NCBI GenBank assembly: GCA_964548565.1 | Contig: CAZJTF010000002.1 | Coordinates: forward strand, 3,573-67,572 | Reading direction: 5' to 3' | Length of the DNA stretch: 64,000 bases | DNA from: an uncultured Planctomycetales bacterium | GTDB taxonomy: Bacteria > Planctomycetota > Phycisphaerae > UBA1845 > PWPN01 | Part shown: piece after piece, positions 54,655-63,572 of the stretch | Position numbering within the stretch: the stretch's first letter is position 1 | Layout of the letters: the number at the start of each line of letters is the position of its first letter | Notes under the pieces: generated by a model | The model's input: the letters and a program-made list of their open reading frames with translations, nothing else | Database searches by the model: none | Told to the model about the DNA's origin: nothing | Translations under genes and position numbers: made by a program

Positions 54655-55272
54655 TTACGACTGGATTTGTTTGAGGCAGCGGGCGAGGCGGAGCGCATCG
54701 TCCAGTACGCGCGCGGCCGCGCTCTCGGACGAGTCGCCGAGGGTGGCGACGGCGATGAGATTCCCGCGGACCTCGATGTGCGTGTCCGGCGGAACCTGCC
54801 CGAGAACGGTGGCCAGGGCGCTGCGGGCCAGCGACTCGCCGGCCCGGGGATGGGTGAACTGCACGCGAAGCGGCCCGACCGGAGTCGGGTACTCGCTTGC
54901 GAGAGGGTGCGATGCCGGGACTGCGCGCCACGTCTCCAGGAGTTGCGGCGTTTCGAGGACCGCAAGCCACCAGTCTTCGACAAGCCGCTGCGAGCCGAAA
55001 CCGAGCTCGCACGTGAAGCGAAACGCCGTCGCCAGGCCGGCATCGGTTGCCCCGTAGAGCAGATCGAGCACATGGCGCGAGTGCCCGCGCTGCAGGAGTT
55101 CGAGGTTGGCATAGCGCTGCTGGACGCCGATCAGGTCGTCGGGAGAGAACGTCATACGACGTCCGCGGGCGAACTCGGCGAGCGCAGCGATATGGCGGCG
55201 GCGAACCAGCAGGGACCGGATGGCGGCCGCGGCGAGGATAAGCAGCCCGGCGATGATCCACGGCAGATGCAT
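54655..55272 (-). CDS. Hypothetical N-terminally anchored membrane protein
   Basis: The start is MHLPWIIAGLLILAAAAIRSLLVRRRH (55272); the track start is 55311. I recognise no family. Confidence 0.45.
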   Translation of the reverse strand: MHLPWIIAGLLILAAAAIRSLLVRRRHIAALAEFARGRRMTFSPDDLIGVQQRYANLELLQRGHSRHVLDLLYGATDAGLATAFRFTCELGFGSQRLVEDWWLAVLETPQLLETWRAVPASHPLASEYPTPVGPLRVQFTHPRAGESLARSALATVLGQVPPDTHIEVRGNLIAVATLGDSSESAAARVLDDALRLARCLKQIQS

Positions 55273-55367
55273 GGGCGTTGACCGTGTCCTCCGGCGACCC
55301 CTACGATACACGGGCTACAATACGCCAGACGCCGGCCTGGCGGCAAACCGCAGCGGGAGTTCGCCTC

Positions 55368-55634
55368 ATGAGCAGCCTCGAGAGCCTGATCGGTCAACCC
55401 GTGGTCCTCGATACCGCCGGAACGATGGTCTACCTCGGGCGGCTCACGTCGTACGACGATGTCGGCTTCTGGCTGGAGGAAGCCGACATGCACAACGTCG
55501 CGGAAGGCCACGCTCCGCGGGAGCAGTACATCGCCGAAGCCGGTCGCGACGGCATCCGCGTCAACCGCAGCCGCGTGCTGGTCATGCGGCACGCGGTGAT
55601 CAGCATTTCCTGCCTCGCTGACATTGTTCGCTGA
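55368..55634 (+). CDS. Small Sm-like (LSm-fold) hypothetical protein
   Basis: 88 aa from the ATG at 55368 (GGGAG SD). LIGQPVVLDTAGTMVYLGRLTSYDDVGFWLEEA resembles an Sm1 motif. Tentative. Confidence 0.4.
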   Translation: MSSLESLIGQPVVLDTAGTMVYLGRLTSYDDVGFWLEEADMHNVAEGHAPREQYIAEAGRDGIRVNRSRVLVMRHAVISISCLADIVR

Positions 55635-55703
55635 ATTATTGTCGGCCGCGTAGAGCAGCACTTGTTAACATACGTTTCCCTACAGAGGGGAGGCCGTATG
55701 GTA

Positions 55704-55957
55704 ATGCCTGATGTTGCCCGCCATATGTTTCCATTCTTCTGCTCGCCGGGCCTGGGTTGGCGGACGTCCAGATTACGATCCAGCCTGCCTCACGGCACCA
55801 GACCATCATCGGCTGGGGCGCCTCTTCCTGGACGCCCCGGAACATCACCCCGCTCGTGACGACAGGGGCGTACAGGTTCGAGCTCACGGTGGTCGACATC
55901 CTGTTCTCGCGATTCAACGGCGCGAACAACCCGCCCGCCTCTTCCTGCGGCAGCTGA
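55704..55957 (+). pseudogene. Frameshifted, truncated remnant of a secreted GH30-like glycosidase N-terminus
   Basis: The frame of 55757-55957 reads ..SILLLAGPGLA/DVQITIQPASRHQTIIGWGASSW, a signal-peptide end followed by the Q-x-I-x-G-(F/W)-G-(A/G)-S start typical of GH30. The only ATG (55704) is in a different frame, and the reading frame stops after 66 codons. Confidence 0.35.
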
Positions 55958-56179
55958 GAACCGCAACCCATTCCCCATGCGCGCAAACCTCCGCGCGCGA
56001 GTGTCACCGGTTTGGCACACACAGTGTGACCGAATTCCGCCGCTGAGCTTGCACCACCGCGGAGGTCCGTTACGCTTCCCCGATCAGCTTCGGCTGAATG
56101 GCCAGGGAAGGGCTGCCCGCAGGAGGGCACCAGGATGGCGCCCGCCGCCCGATAGAGCCCGTTTCGCCCGACAGGCCCA

Positions 56180-58213
56180 GTGGAGGATCCACTCGTGAAC
56201 ACGACTCGCTTCCGCCTTCAATTGTCCCACGCCGCCTTTGTCGCGTGCCTGCTGGCCGCGCTGCTCACCGGTTGCACCGGCACCGCGGACCCCGACGGTG
56301 CCAACCCTCTGTCACAAGCAATCGATGCGGGGCTGGACGATCTCTTTGGAGGCGTGCCCGCCGGGACACCTTCGCCGGCGGAGCAGCCCGCGCCGGAGCA
56401 GGCGGCTTCCCCGGGAACCCCGATTCGGGCGCTGCCGCAATCGGTCGCGGTGCAGGTCAGCAGTATCAAACCCATCACGCTCAAAGCGGTCGCGGCGGAC
56501 GAGGCGGCGCTGGCGTACACGGTGCTGGAACCGCCGCGGCACGGGGTGCTCGACGGAACGCCCCCCAACGTCACCTATATTCCCGCGCTGGCGTACGCGG
56601 GGCCGGATGCGTTCACCTTCACGTGCAGCGACGGCATCGCGGAGAGTTCGCCGGCGACGGTGGAGATCTCGGTGGAGGCATGGGCGCCGCCGATCGGCAT
56701 CCCCACGCCGCCATTCGGCATCCGCGAGGTCGCGCCGGCGCGTCCGGAGCCGTGGGCGGGTGAGGTGGCGGGGTTCTACTACGTCGATTACGAGCGCGGC
56801 AGCGACACGCGCACGTTCGGCAGCCCTGACAACCCACGGAAGACCGTGCCCGACGTCCTGCCGGCAGGATCGGTCGTCGAGGTGCACGGGATGTACGCGT
56901 ATGCGCCACAGGGCTACCAGGAGATCGAGTGCCAGGGGACATCGGACCGCCCGGTCTTCATCCGCGGGCAGGCGCTGTCGCAGCGGCCCGAGTGGCTACG
57001 GGCCCTGTACATCCGGGGATCCTACTGCATCGTCGAAAACATCGTCTTTCGGGATGACGACGGCGTGAACCAGGGGTCCGTGTGGTTTCTCGCGCCGGCG
57101 AATCACGCGGGGCTGCGGCACTGCGATGTGAGCGGCAACCGCAATCGCGGCGGCGGGGTGCGGGCCGTGAGCTGGGATGAGAACATCGCGCACAACATCG
57201 TGATCTACGCCAACGCGATCCACGATCACGGCGACTGGTCAAACCGCGGCGGCGACCAGGACGTGCACGGGGTTGCGGTCAGCGCCAACGCTCATCACAT
57301 CTGGATCCTCGACAACGAGATCTACCACAACAGCGGCGACGGGATCCAGATCAACGCCGGCAGCCGGGCGAAACAGTCCACCACGCACCACATCTACGTG
57401 GGTCGCAACGTCTCGCATGACAACAAGCAGACCGGCATGTGGACCAAGCAGGCGGAGGACGTGATCTTCTCGCAGAACACGTGCTACAACCACCGGCCGA
57501 GCGATTCGTCGAATGGCGCGGGGATGGGGTTCCAGTACGACCCGGAAAACGTCTGGTTTCTCTACAACCACATCTACCACTGCAGCTACGGCATCTCCAC
57601 GGAGAGCGGCAGCGACCTGGGATACGGCAGAAACAGCTATCTCATCGGGAATGTCATCCACGACATCCATCACGACCCGACATACCCGTACAACCCGGAC
57701 ACGGCCTGGTCGAATGCGGCCATCATGCTCGTCGGTGGCGCGACCGCGCACGTGGTCAACAACTCCATCGACAACGTCGATGCGGGGATCAACTGCCCGG
57801 CAAGCCTGTCGCTGCGGATCCAGAACAACATCATCAGCAACGTGACCGAGCCGCAGGGGAATCACGTTTTCCTCGAGTTCGCGGCGGCGGCGGAGACGTC
57901 GGTGATGGAGAGCACGCTGCTGCACCAGGCGTCCGGCGGCGTGCGGATCAAGTGGGCATCGGCCGCGCAGGATCTGGCACAGTTCCAGGCGAGTTCCAGG
58001 GGAGCGGGATGCGTCTCGGCGGATCCGCAATTCCGCGATCCGGCGTCCGGCGACCTTCGGCTCGTGCCGACGAGCGCGGGAGTGAACGCGGGCACGACGC
58101 CGGAAGCGTTCCGGCTGTTTTTCGAGCGGTATGGGATCGATCTGAACGCGGATGCGGCGGGTATGCCACGTCCGTCGGGCGGGGAGATTGATATCGGGGC
58201 GTTCGAGCAGTGA
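56180..58213 (+). CDS. Lipoprotein with Ig-like domain and right-handed parallel beta-helix
   Basis: 677 aa with lipobox LLAALLTGC. The Ig/cadherin-like segment reads LAYTVLEPPRHGVLDGTPPNVTYIPALAYAGPDAFTFTCSDG. Repeated beta-helix rungs follow (IVENIVFRD, NIVIYANAIHD, HIWILDNEIYHN, HIYVGRNVSHDN, VIFSQNTCYN, WFLYNHIYH, YLIGNVIHD, HVVNNSIDN, RIQNNIISN). Confidence 0.75.
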   Translation: MEDPLVNTTRFRLQLSHAAFVACLLAALLTGCTGTADPDGANPLSQAIDAGLDDLFGGVPAGTPSPAEQPAPEQAASPGTPIRALPQSVAVQVSSIKPITLKAVAADEAALAYTVLEPPRHGVLDGTPPNVTYIPALAYAGPDAFTFTCSDGIAESSPATVEISVEAWAPPIGIPTPPFGIREVAPARPEPWAGEVAGFYYVDYERGSDTRTFGSPDNPRKTVPDVLPAGSVVEVHGMYAYAPQGYQEIECQGTSDRPVFIRGQALSQRPEWLRALYIRGSYCIVENIVFRDDDGVNQGSVWFLAPANHAGLRHCDVSGNRNRGGGVRAVSWDENIAHNIVIYANAIHDHGDWSNRGGDQDVHGVAVSANAHHIWILDNEIYHNSGDGIQINAGSRAKQSTTHHIYVGRNVSHDNKQTGMWTKQAEDVIFSQNTCYNHRPSDSSNGAGMGFQYDPENVWFLYNHIYHCSYGISTESGSDLGYGRNSYLIGNVIHDIHHDPTYPYNPDTAWSNAAIMLVGGATAHVVNNSIDNVDAGINCPASLSLRIQNNIISNVTEPQGNHVFLEFAAAAETSVMESTLLHQASGGVRIKWASAAQDLAQFQASSRGAGCVSADPQFRDPASGDLRLVPTSAGVNAGTTPEAFRLFFERYGIDLNADAAGMPRPSGGEIDIGAFEQ

Positions 58214-58301
58214 GTCGGCCGGGCGCGCCGGTTTCGGACGCTGCGGCAGGGGGGCGGTCACTCGCGCGGTCGCCACGGCCTGTCTCCGCCATCCGGACGG
58301 C

Positions 58302-58381
58302 GGAGCCAGACCGTGCCACACCGCATGGGCGGAGACAGACCGTGTGTCACACCTCACATGGGGAGACCGACCGTGCCACAC
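58302..58381 (+). repeat. Three degenerate tandem ~30-nt direct repeats upstream of moeA
   Basis: GGAGCCAGACCGTGCCACAC (58302-58321), GGAGACAGACCGTGTGTCACAC (58331-58352) and GGAGACCGACCGTGCCACAC (58362-58381). Each is followed by a ..(A/G)TGGGG spacer. Confidence 0.6.
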
Positions 58382-58476
58382 TTGGCGTGGGGCAGATCAG
58401 GTTCCACCTGACGCGGAACCAGAGCGCGCCGGACGACGCAATTGACGCGTTCTGATGGTTCGCACAGAATGCGGCC

Positions 58477-59715
58477 ATGCGTGAGAAGCGGCCGTTGACC
58501 AGCGTTCTCGACGCTCTCTCGGTCATCGGCCGGGAGGTGCGGCCGCTGCCGACCGTGCGCGTCCCGCCGTCGGCGGCACTCGGCATGACCCTGGCCGAAA
58601 CGATCCGAACCGATATCGATACCCCCCCTTTCGACAAGGCGATGATGGACGGCTTTGCCGTGCGGTCGGCGGACTGCCAGGGGCCGGGTACACGCTTGCG
58701 GATTACTGGCGAAATCGCTGCCGGGGGACCACCGATCCCCGTCGGCCCCGGGCAGGCCGTGCGGATCAACACCGGAGCCCCCCTGCCGCCGGGCGCGGAC
58801 GCAGTTGTGGTCATCGAAAACTGCGAAATTCTCCCAGGCGGCGTCGAGGTCGCCACGGATGACGTGCCGGCGGTCGGGATCAACATCGCGCGACGGGGTG
58901 TCGACGCGCGGGCAGGGACAGTCGTGCTGGAACCGGGCACGCGGATCGGCCCGGCGCAGGTCGCGGCCGCCGCGGCAGCCGGTGCGACGACGCTGCAGGT
59001 CCATGAGCGGCCCCGCATCGCGATCGTGGTCACGGGGAGCGAACTCGTTTCGCCGGGCCAGCGCCCGGGACCGGCCCAGATCCGTAATACGAATGGCCCG
59101 TGCCTGGCGGCGCTGGCGGCGTCCGCCGGATGCACATGGACGGACCTCGGCATCGCACGTGACGACCCGGCGGCCCTGTCGGAAGCCATCCACCGCGGGC
59201 TGGAAGCTGACGTCCTGTGCATCAGCGGCGGAGTGTCGATGGGCCAGTACGATCTGGTGCCGGGCGAACTCGAGCGGGCGGGCGTGCACGCGCGGCTGCA
59301 CCGGATTGGCATGAAACCCGGGAAACCATCGCTGTTCGGGCATGGGCCACGCGGGCAGATCGTCTTCGGCCTGCCGGGAAACCCGGTGAGCGCGTTCGTG
59401 TGCTTCAAGATCCTCGTGGAGCCGGCACTCGAAGCGTTGCAGGGTCGGCCGGCGCGTTTTCAGCCCACGCTGGAGGCGACGCTCGAGGAACCGGTGCCGA
59501 CGGCGGGCGCGCGGATGGAGTTCCTGCCGGCGCTCGCTCACGAGGAACCTCCGGGCACGTGGCGTGTGCGGGCATCACAGTGGCAGGGCTCGGCCGACCT
59601 GTTCGGACTCGCGCGGAGCAACGCGCTGATGATCCGCGAGCCGAATGCGGCGGCGGCACCAGCCGGCACCGTGGTGCGGATCATCCCGCTGTGGGCACCG
59701 CTGCTGCAGACGTGA
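58477..59715 (+). CDS. moeA: Molybdopterin molybdenumtransferase
   Basis: 412 aa. DTPPFDKAMMDGFAVRSAD...GQAVRINTGAPLPPGADAVVVIE...IAIVVTGSELV...GQIRNTNG...DVLCISGGVSMGQYD...MKPGKPSLFG...FGLPGNPVSAFV is the canonical MoeA pattern. Confidence 0.9.
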   Translation: MREKRPLTSVLDALSVIGREVRPLPTVRVPPSAALGMTLAETIRTDIDTPPFDKAMMDGFAVRSADCQGPGTRLRITGEIAAGGPPIPVGPGQAVRINTGAPLPPGADAVVVIENCEILPGGVEVATDDVPAVGINIARRGVDARAGTVVLEPGTRIGPAQVAAAAAAGATTLQVHERPRIAIVVTGSELVSPGQRPGPAQIRNTNGPCLAALAASAGCTWTDLGIARDDPAALSEAIHRGLEADVLCISGGVSMGQYDLVPGELERAGVHARLHRIGMKPGKPSLFGHGPRGQIVFGLPGNPVSAFVCFKILVEPALEALQGRPARFQPTLEATLEEPVPTAGARMEFLPALAHEEPPGTWRVRASQWQGSADLFGLARSNALMIREPNAAAAPAGTVVRIIPLWAPLLQT

Positions 59716-59755
59716 TACGCAACGGGCGGTGCGACGGACAAGGGCTCAGTACGGT

Positions 59756-61531
59756 TTGAAGGCAGAGGCGCGATTGAGACGACGGCAGGAACGTGTCCGA
59801 ACACCGGCGGCGACACCCCGGCTCGCCGGTGCCAGCGCGCCCGTCGTTTTCGAGCAGCCGTGGCAGGTTCTCACGCTGTCGCTACTGTCGTGGGTGCTGA
59901 GCCTGCCGCTATTCGCGCCATGGTCGATCTGGCCGCTCGGGTACATCGTGTTCGTGCCGTGGCTGCTCGCGGTGTGCGGCGCGCGTTCGACGGCGTGGAC
60001 GATTGCGGGCAGCTACCTGCTGGGGGCGGCGTTTTTTCTGACGCACTGGCGGTGGCTGTACAGCACGACACCGCCGGGGTACTTCGCCGGCGCGCTGTGG
60101 TTCGCGCTGCACTTCCCCCTGTGCGGGTGGATCGTGCGGCACCTGGTGCGGCGCCGGCGGGTCAATGCCGCCGTCGCGTTCGCGTTCGTGTGGGTGCTCA
60201 CGGAACTGATGCGATCGCGGGGGCCGCTGGCGTTTCCGTGGTTCCTGCTCGGCCACAGCCAGATCCGCCTGCTGCCGCTGGTGCAGATTGCGGACATCAC
60301 GGGTGTCTACGGCGTGTCACTGCTGGTCGCACTGGTGAACGGCTGGCTGTGCGACATGCTGCTCGGGCGGCTGGGTGCACGAGCGCCGGAACCGTTGCGG
60401 GTGCCGATGCTGCACGCGTCGATCGGGATCGTGCTGCTGTTCGCGGCGACGCTGATTTACGGGCGACAGCGGATGGACGGCGAGGCCGTCGAGAAAGGGC
60501 CGCGGGTCTCGGTCCTGCAGGGCGATTTTGAGCTCTCGCCGGTCTCCGACCCGAACGCCCCGAAGGACTCCGACAAGCGGCAGACGTACCTGAAGATGAT
60601 GGCGGCGGCGGCAGCCGATTCGCCCGACCTGATCGTGCTGCCGGAGACGCCCTGGGGGCTGTATCTCAACCGGGAGCTGCGCGAGTTTCCGTCGAACGCG
60701 GCGATCGTTCACGAGAGCCGGCGGCAGCACGCCGCTATCCAGAAACTGGCCTCCGCCTTCGGCAGCGACGTTGTGATTGGCAGCATTTCGCTCGAGCCGC
60801 AGCCGGAGGGCAGTTACCCGGACACCCACCGGTACAATTCGGCCTTCGTGTACCACCCGGACGGCTCGGAGCCGGGACGCTACGACAAGATTCACCTCGT
60901 TCTGTTTGGAGAGTACGTTCCTTTCCGTTACTGGTACGGCCTGCACTGGTTTTACCGCTGGCTAAACAGCATCACGCCGTGGGGACATGACGGCTTCGAA
61001 TACTCGCTCACTGCGGGGCGCGAATTCGACGTGTTCGCGACGCGGCCGCGGGCCGGGGGGCAGGAGCGGCACTTCGGGATCACCATCTGCTACGAAGACG
61101 TCATCCCGCAGGTGTTTCGGCAGTTCATCACGGACGCGGCCGGTGGCAAGCGTGTCGACTTCATGCTCAACATCAGTAATGACGGGTGGTTCGGCCACGG
61201 CAGCCAGCAGCCGCAGCACCTGGTGAACTGCGCCTTCCGGGCGATCGAGAACCGGGTCGGGATCGCCCGGGCCGTCAACACCGGCGTGAGCGGCTTCATC
61301 GCCCCCGACGGCGGCTGGTACGACATCATCACCCCTCAGCCCGGGCGACCGCTCGCCGGGGGCGAGGGGCATCGCAGTTCGACGATCCTGATCGATCCAC
61401 GCGTCACGTTCTACAGCAGGCACGGTGACCTCTTTGGCGCCGCCTGCTCGCTCGTCGGGCTCGCCGGCCTGGCGGACGCCATTGCGACGGGCGTGCGGAA
61501 CCGGCCGAAGCGCAGGAAGCGCAAGGAGTGA
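59756..61531 (+). CDS. lnt: Apolipoprotein N-acyltransferase
   Basis: Multiple N-terminal TM helices, then a CN-hydrolase domain with the Lnt hallmarks DLIVLPETPW, YDKIHLVLFGEYVP and GITICYEDVIP. The start is uncertain: TTG 59756 or 59774, or ATG 59645 with a 71-nt overlap of moeA. Confidence 0.85.
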   Translation: MKAEARLRRRQERVRTPAATPRLAGASAPVVFEQPWQVLTLSLLSWVLSLPLFAPWSIWPLGYIVFVPWLLAVCGARSTAWTIAGSYLLGAAFFLTHWRWLYSTTPPGYFAGALWFALHFPLCGWIVRHLVRRRRVNAAVAFAFVWVLTELMRSRGPLAFPWFLLGHSQIRLLPLVQIADITGVYGVSLLVALVNGWLCDMLLGRLGARAPEPLRVPMLHASIGIVLLFAATLIYGRQRMDGEAVEKGPRVSVLQGDFELSPVSDPNAPKDSDKRQTYLKMMAAAAADSPDLIVLPETPWGLYLNRELREFPSNAAIVHESRRQHAAIQKLASAFGSDVVIGSISLEPQPEGSYPDTHRYNSAFVYHPDGSEPGRYDKIHLVLFGEYVPFRYWYGLHWFYRWLNSITPWGHDGFEYSLTAGREFDVFATRPRAGGQERHFGITICYEDVIPQVFRQFITDAAGGKRVDFMLNISNDGWFGHGSQQPQHLVNCAFRAIENRVGIARAVNTGVSGFIAPDGGWYDIITPQPGRPLAGGEGHRSSTILIDPRVTFYSRHGDLFGAACSLVGLAGLADAIATGVRNRPKRRKRKE

Positions 61532-61534
61532 GAC

Positions 61535-62578
61535 ATGACCCGACGCACGAGCCGTGCAAGGGGCCTGTTTTCCGTGGTTGTCGCCGCTGCAGGGGCAATT
61601 CTGCTCGTGGCGGGCTGCGCGATCACCCCCCCGGCCTCGCAGGAACCCGCGCTGCGCGAGTTGGCCACGCGGTACGTGCGGGCAGCGATGGAGTTTCCGG
61701 ACAACCCGGCGGTGCGGGCGCAGGCCGTCGAGGCGGCCGGGTACCTGGATGAGCAGGGACGCCTGCTGGTCCGCGAGCGACTCAAAGACGAGCACCCGGG
61801 TGTGCGGTTTGCCGCGTGCATGACGATCGGCCGCATGCAGGACCGCAGCGCGATGCCGGTCGTGCGCCCGCTGCTGCAGGATTCGGACGGGAGTGTGCGA
61901 ATCGCGGCGTACTACGCGCTCGAGCGCCTCGGAGATTCGAGTTATCGCCGGGTGTGGGTGGACGCGCTCACGAAGGGTACGGATGTCGCGGTCCGGCGGA
62001 ACGCGGCGTTTGCGCTCGGTCAGCTCGAGAGCAAGGAGGTGATGCCGCTCCTGCAGACGTCGCTCACCAAGGACGACGATGAAGGCGTGCGGCTGCAGGC
62101 GCTCGAAGCGATGGCGATCCTGGGCGACCGGCAGTCGGTGCAGCGCTTCATCCACGACGCGTATGGCGGCGTCGGGTACCGGCAGACCTTTGCGCTGCTC
62201 ACGCTGGGCAAGTCGCCGGATGACCGCGTGATCGGCACGCTCCGCAAGCGGCTGGCGGAGGCCCCCCACCTCGAGGCGCGTCTTGCGGCGGCCCGGGCGC
62301 TCGGGATGAAGGGCTATCGCGACGGCTTTGAACTCGCGCTGGCGTCGATCGACTGGAACCAGCCGCAGGCGAATCTCCCTGATGATCCGCCGGAAAACCA
62401 GGTGATGCGGATGCGTTCGATGGCGGCGATGGCGCTCGGGGAGATCCGCGACCGGCGCGCCCTCGGGGCGTTGAAACGGCGGATGCAGACGCCCGACGAT
62501 TCGCGCGTGCAACTTGCGGCCGCCACCGCCATGCTGATGATCCTGGAATCCCCACCGGGCTCCGCGGGCCCGGCCTGA
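61535..62578 (+). CDS. HEAT/PBS-lyase-repeat lipoprotein
   Basis: 347 aa with lipobox AILLVAGC. Repeated helical units: NPAVRAQAVEAAGYL, HPGVRFAACMTIGRM, DGSVRIAAYYALERLGD, DVAVRRNAAFALGQL, DEGVRLQALEAMAILGD, HLEARLAAARALG, MRMRSMAAMALGEI, DSRVQLAAATAM. Confidence 0.7.
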   Translation: MTRRTSRARGLFSVVVAAAGAILLVAGCAITPPASQEPALRELATRYVRAAMEFPDNPAVRAQAVEAAGYLDEQGRLLVRERLKDEHPGVRFAACMTIGRMQDRSAMPVVRPLLQDSDGSVRIAAYYALERLGDSSYRRVWVDALTKGTDVAVRRNAAFALGQLESKEVMPLLQTSLTKDDDEGVRLQALEAMAILGDRQSVQRFIHDAYGGVGYRQTFALLTLGKSPDDRVIGTLRKRLAEAPHLEARLAAARALGMKGYRDGFELALASIDWNQPQANLPDDPPENQVMRMRSMAAMALGEIRDRRALGALKRRMQTPDDSRVQLAAATAMLMILESPPGSAGPA

Positions 62579-62601
62579 TTCGCTCCTGTGCGCACGATGT
62601 C

Positions 62602-63105
62602 ATGAGATGGTTGCCGTTCACAGTGCTGGCCCTCGTCATGATCGTCCTGCAGACGGCAGTGGCGCGGTACATGGCCATTCGCGGCATCTGGCCCGACCTG
62701 ATGTTCATCCTGGCAGTGCATTACGCGCTCTGGGGCCCGTGGCCGGAGGCGGCCATCGCGTCGTGGATTCTCGGCCTGATCGTGGGACTCGCGAGCCAGG
62801 ACCGCATCGGACTGCACGCCCTGTGCTTCGCCACGGCGGCGTGGGCGATCTTCCGGGTGCGGCAGGCGGTGTTCCGCGATCACCCGCTGACGCAACTGGT
62901 GGTGACGCTGCTGGCGTGCCTTGTCGTGCAGGTAGCGGTCGGCATCTACCACCAGTGGAGCGCGTCGGAGGGAACGGATATCCCCATCTGGGGGCCGGCG
63001 TTCTTCACCGCGATCTACACGGCCGCCCTCGCGCCGTACCTGCACTGGGGGCTCCAGCGTCTCGGGCGGTGGACCGGGCTGCGGTCGCTGCACGCGGCAC
63101 GGTAG
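62602..63105 (+). CDS. mreD: Rod shape-determining protein MreD
   Basis: 167 aa and polytopic. ...PDLMFILAVHYAL...ASWILGLIVGL... is typical of MreD. It lies immediately upstream of a PBP2 gene. Confidence 0.7.
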   Translation: MRWLPFTVLALVMIVLQTAVARYMAIRGIWPDLMFILAVHYALWGPWPEAAIASWILGLIVGLASQDRIGLHALCFATAAWAIFRVRQAVFRDHPLTQLVVTLLACLVVQVAVGIYHQWSASEGTDIPIWGPAFFTAIYTAALAPYLHWGLQRLGRWTGLRSLHAAR

Positions 63106-63572
63106 CAGGGAGTCGTTGTCGACTGTTGATTTCCGATTGCCAATCCGGCGCGATCACAACCGCTAATCCCTGAGGCACCCGCACGCCGGCATCGGGTCAT
63201 CACTCGCAACAGCGAGGGCACGCCTTCTTGTTTCCGAGCTTGTCGGCGGTCACCTCCAACCGATCGGTCGGATTCATCGCTTGTACGATCCTGCATTCCG
63301 GGCGGGGGAGCCGTCGACATCGATTTCCTCAGCTACACAGTTGGCGTGAGTGCACCTGTGCCTGAGCCGGCGATGCTCGGCCACTGGGCGGTGGCGATGC
63401 GATGGTGTGTCGCCTGGCGTCGCTTCCAGCAACAGGACGCGGGCGATAGCAGGAGATTGTGCGGCGGAAACCAGGTAGATCGTCGGTCATTGGCCGCCGG
63501 TTCACCCGTGAGCACCTGCCTTGCCCCCCTTCCGTCGCGAATCCCGGAACTGACCACGACAATTCCGTTATA

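Noticed and set aside
55636-56202. 188-aa minus-strand ORF filling the spacer before the beta-helix gene
   Set aside because: It has no motifs, no SD and an odd composition. The + strand shows a GH30-like remnant instead. I treat the region as decayed or non-coding.
58302-58381. CRISPR-like appearance of the tandem repeats
   Set aside because: There are only three degenerate copies with ~10-nt spacers, no cas genes and a repeat length below the CRISPR range.
58214-58476. Possible Moco riboswitch upstream of moeA
   Set aside because: I could not find the conserved elements I remember from the Moco RNA motif, such as the GGAAAGG-type segment near the 3' end. Only the tandem repeats are evident. 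A proper Infernal scan with RF01055 would settle it.
45980-62512. Long antisense ORFs in the right half (45980-46819, 47585-48313, 49631-50695, 50856-51788, 52312-53226, 53144-53941, 57239-58381, 58354-59541, 60962-62512)
   Set aside because: All lie opposite confidently identified genes (giant lipoprotein, lacD, tig, clpP1/2, beta-helix protein, moeA, lnt, HEAT protein). All have Arg/His/Pro-dominated composition.
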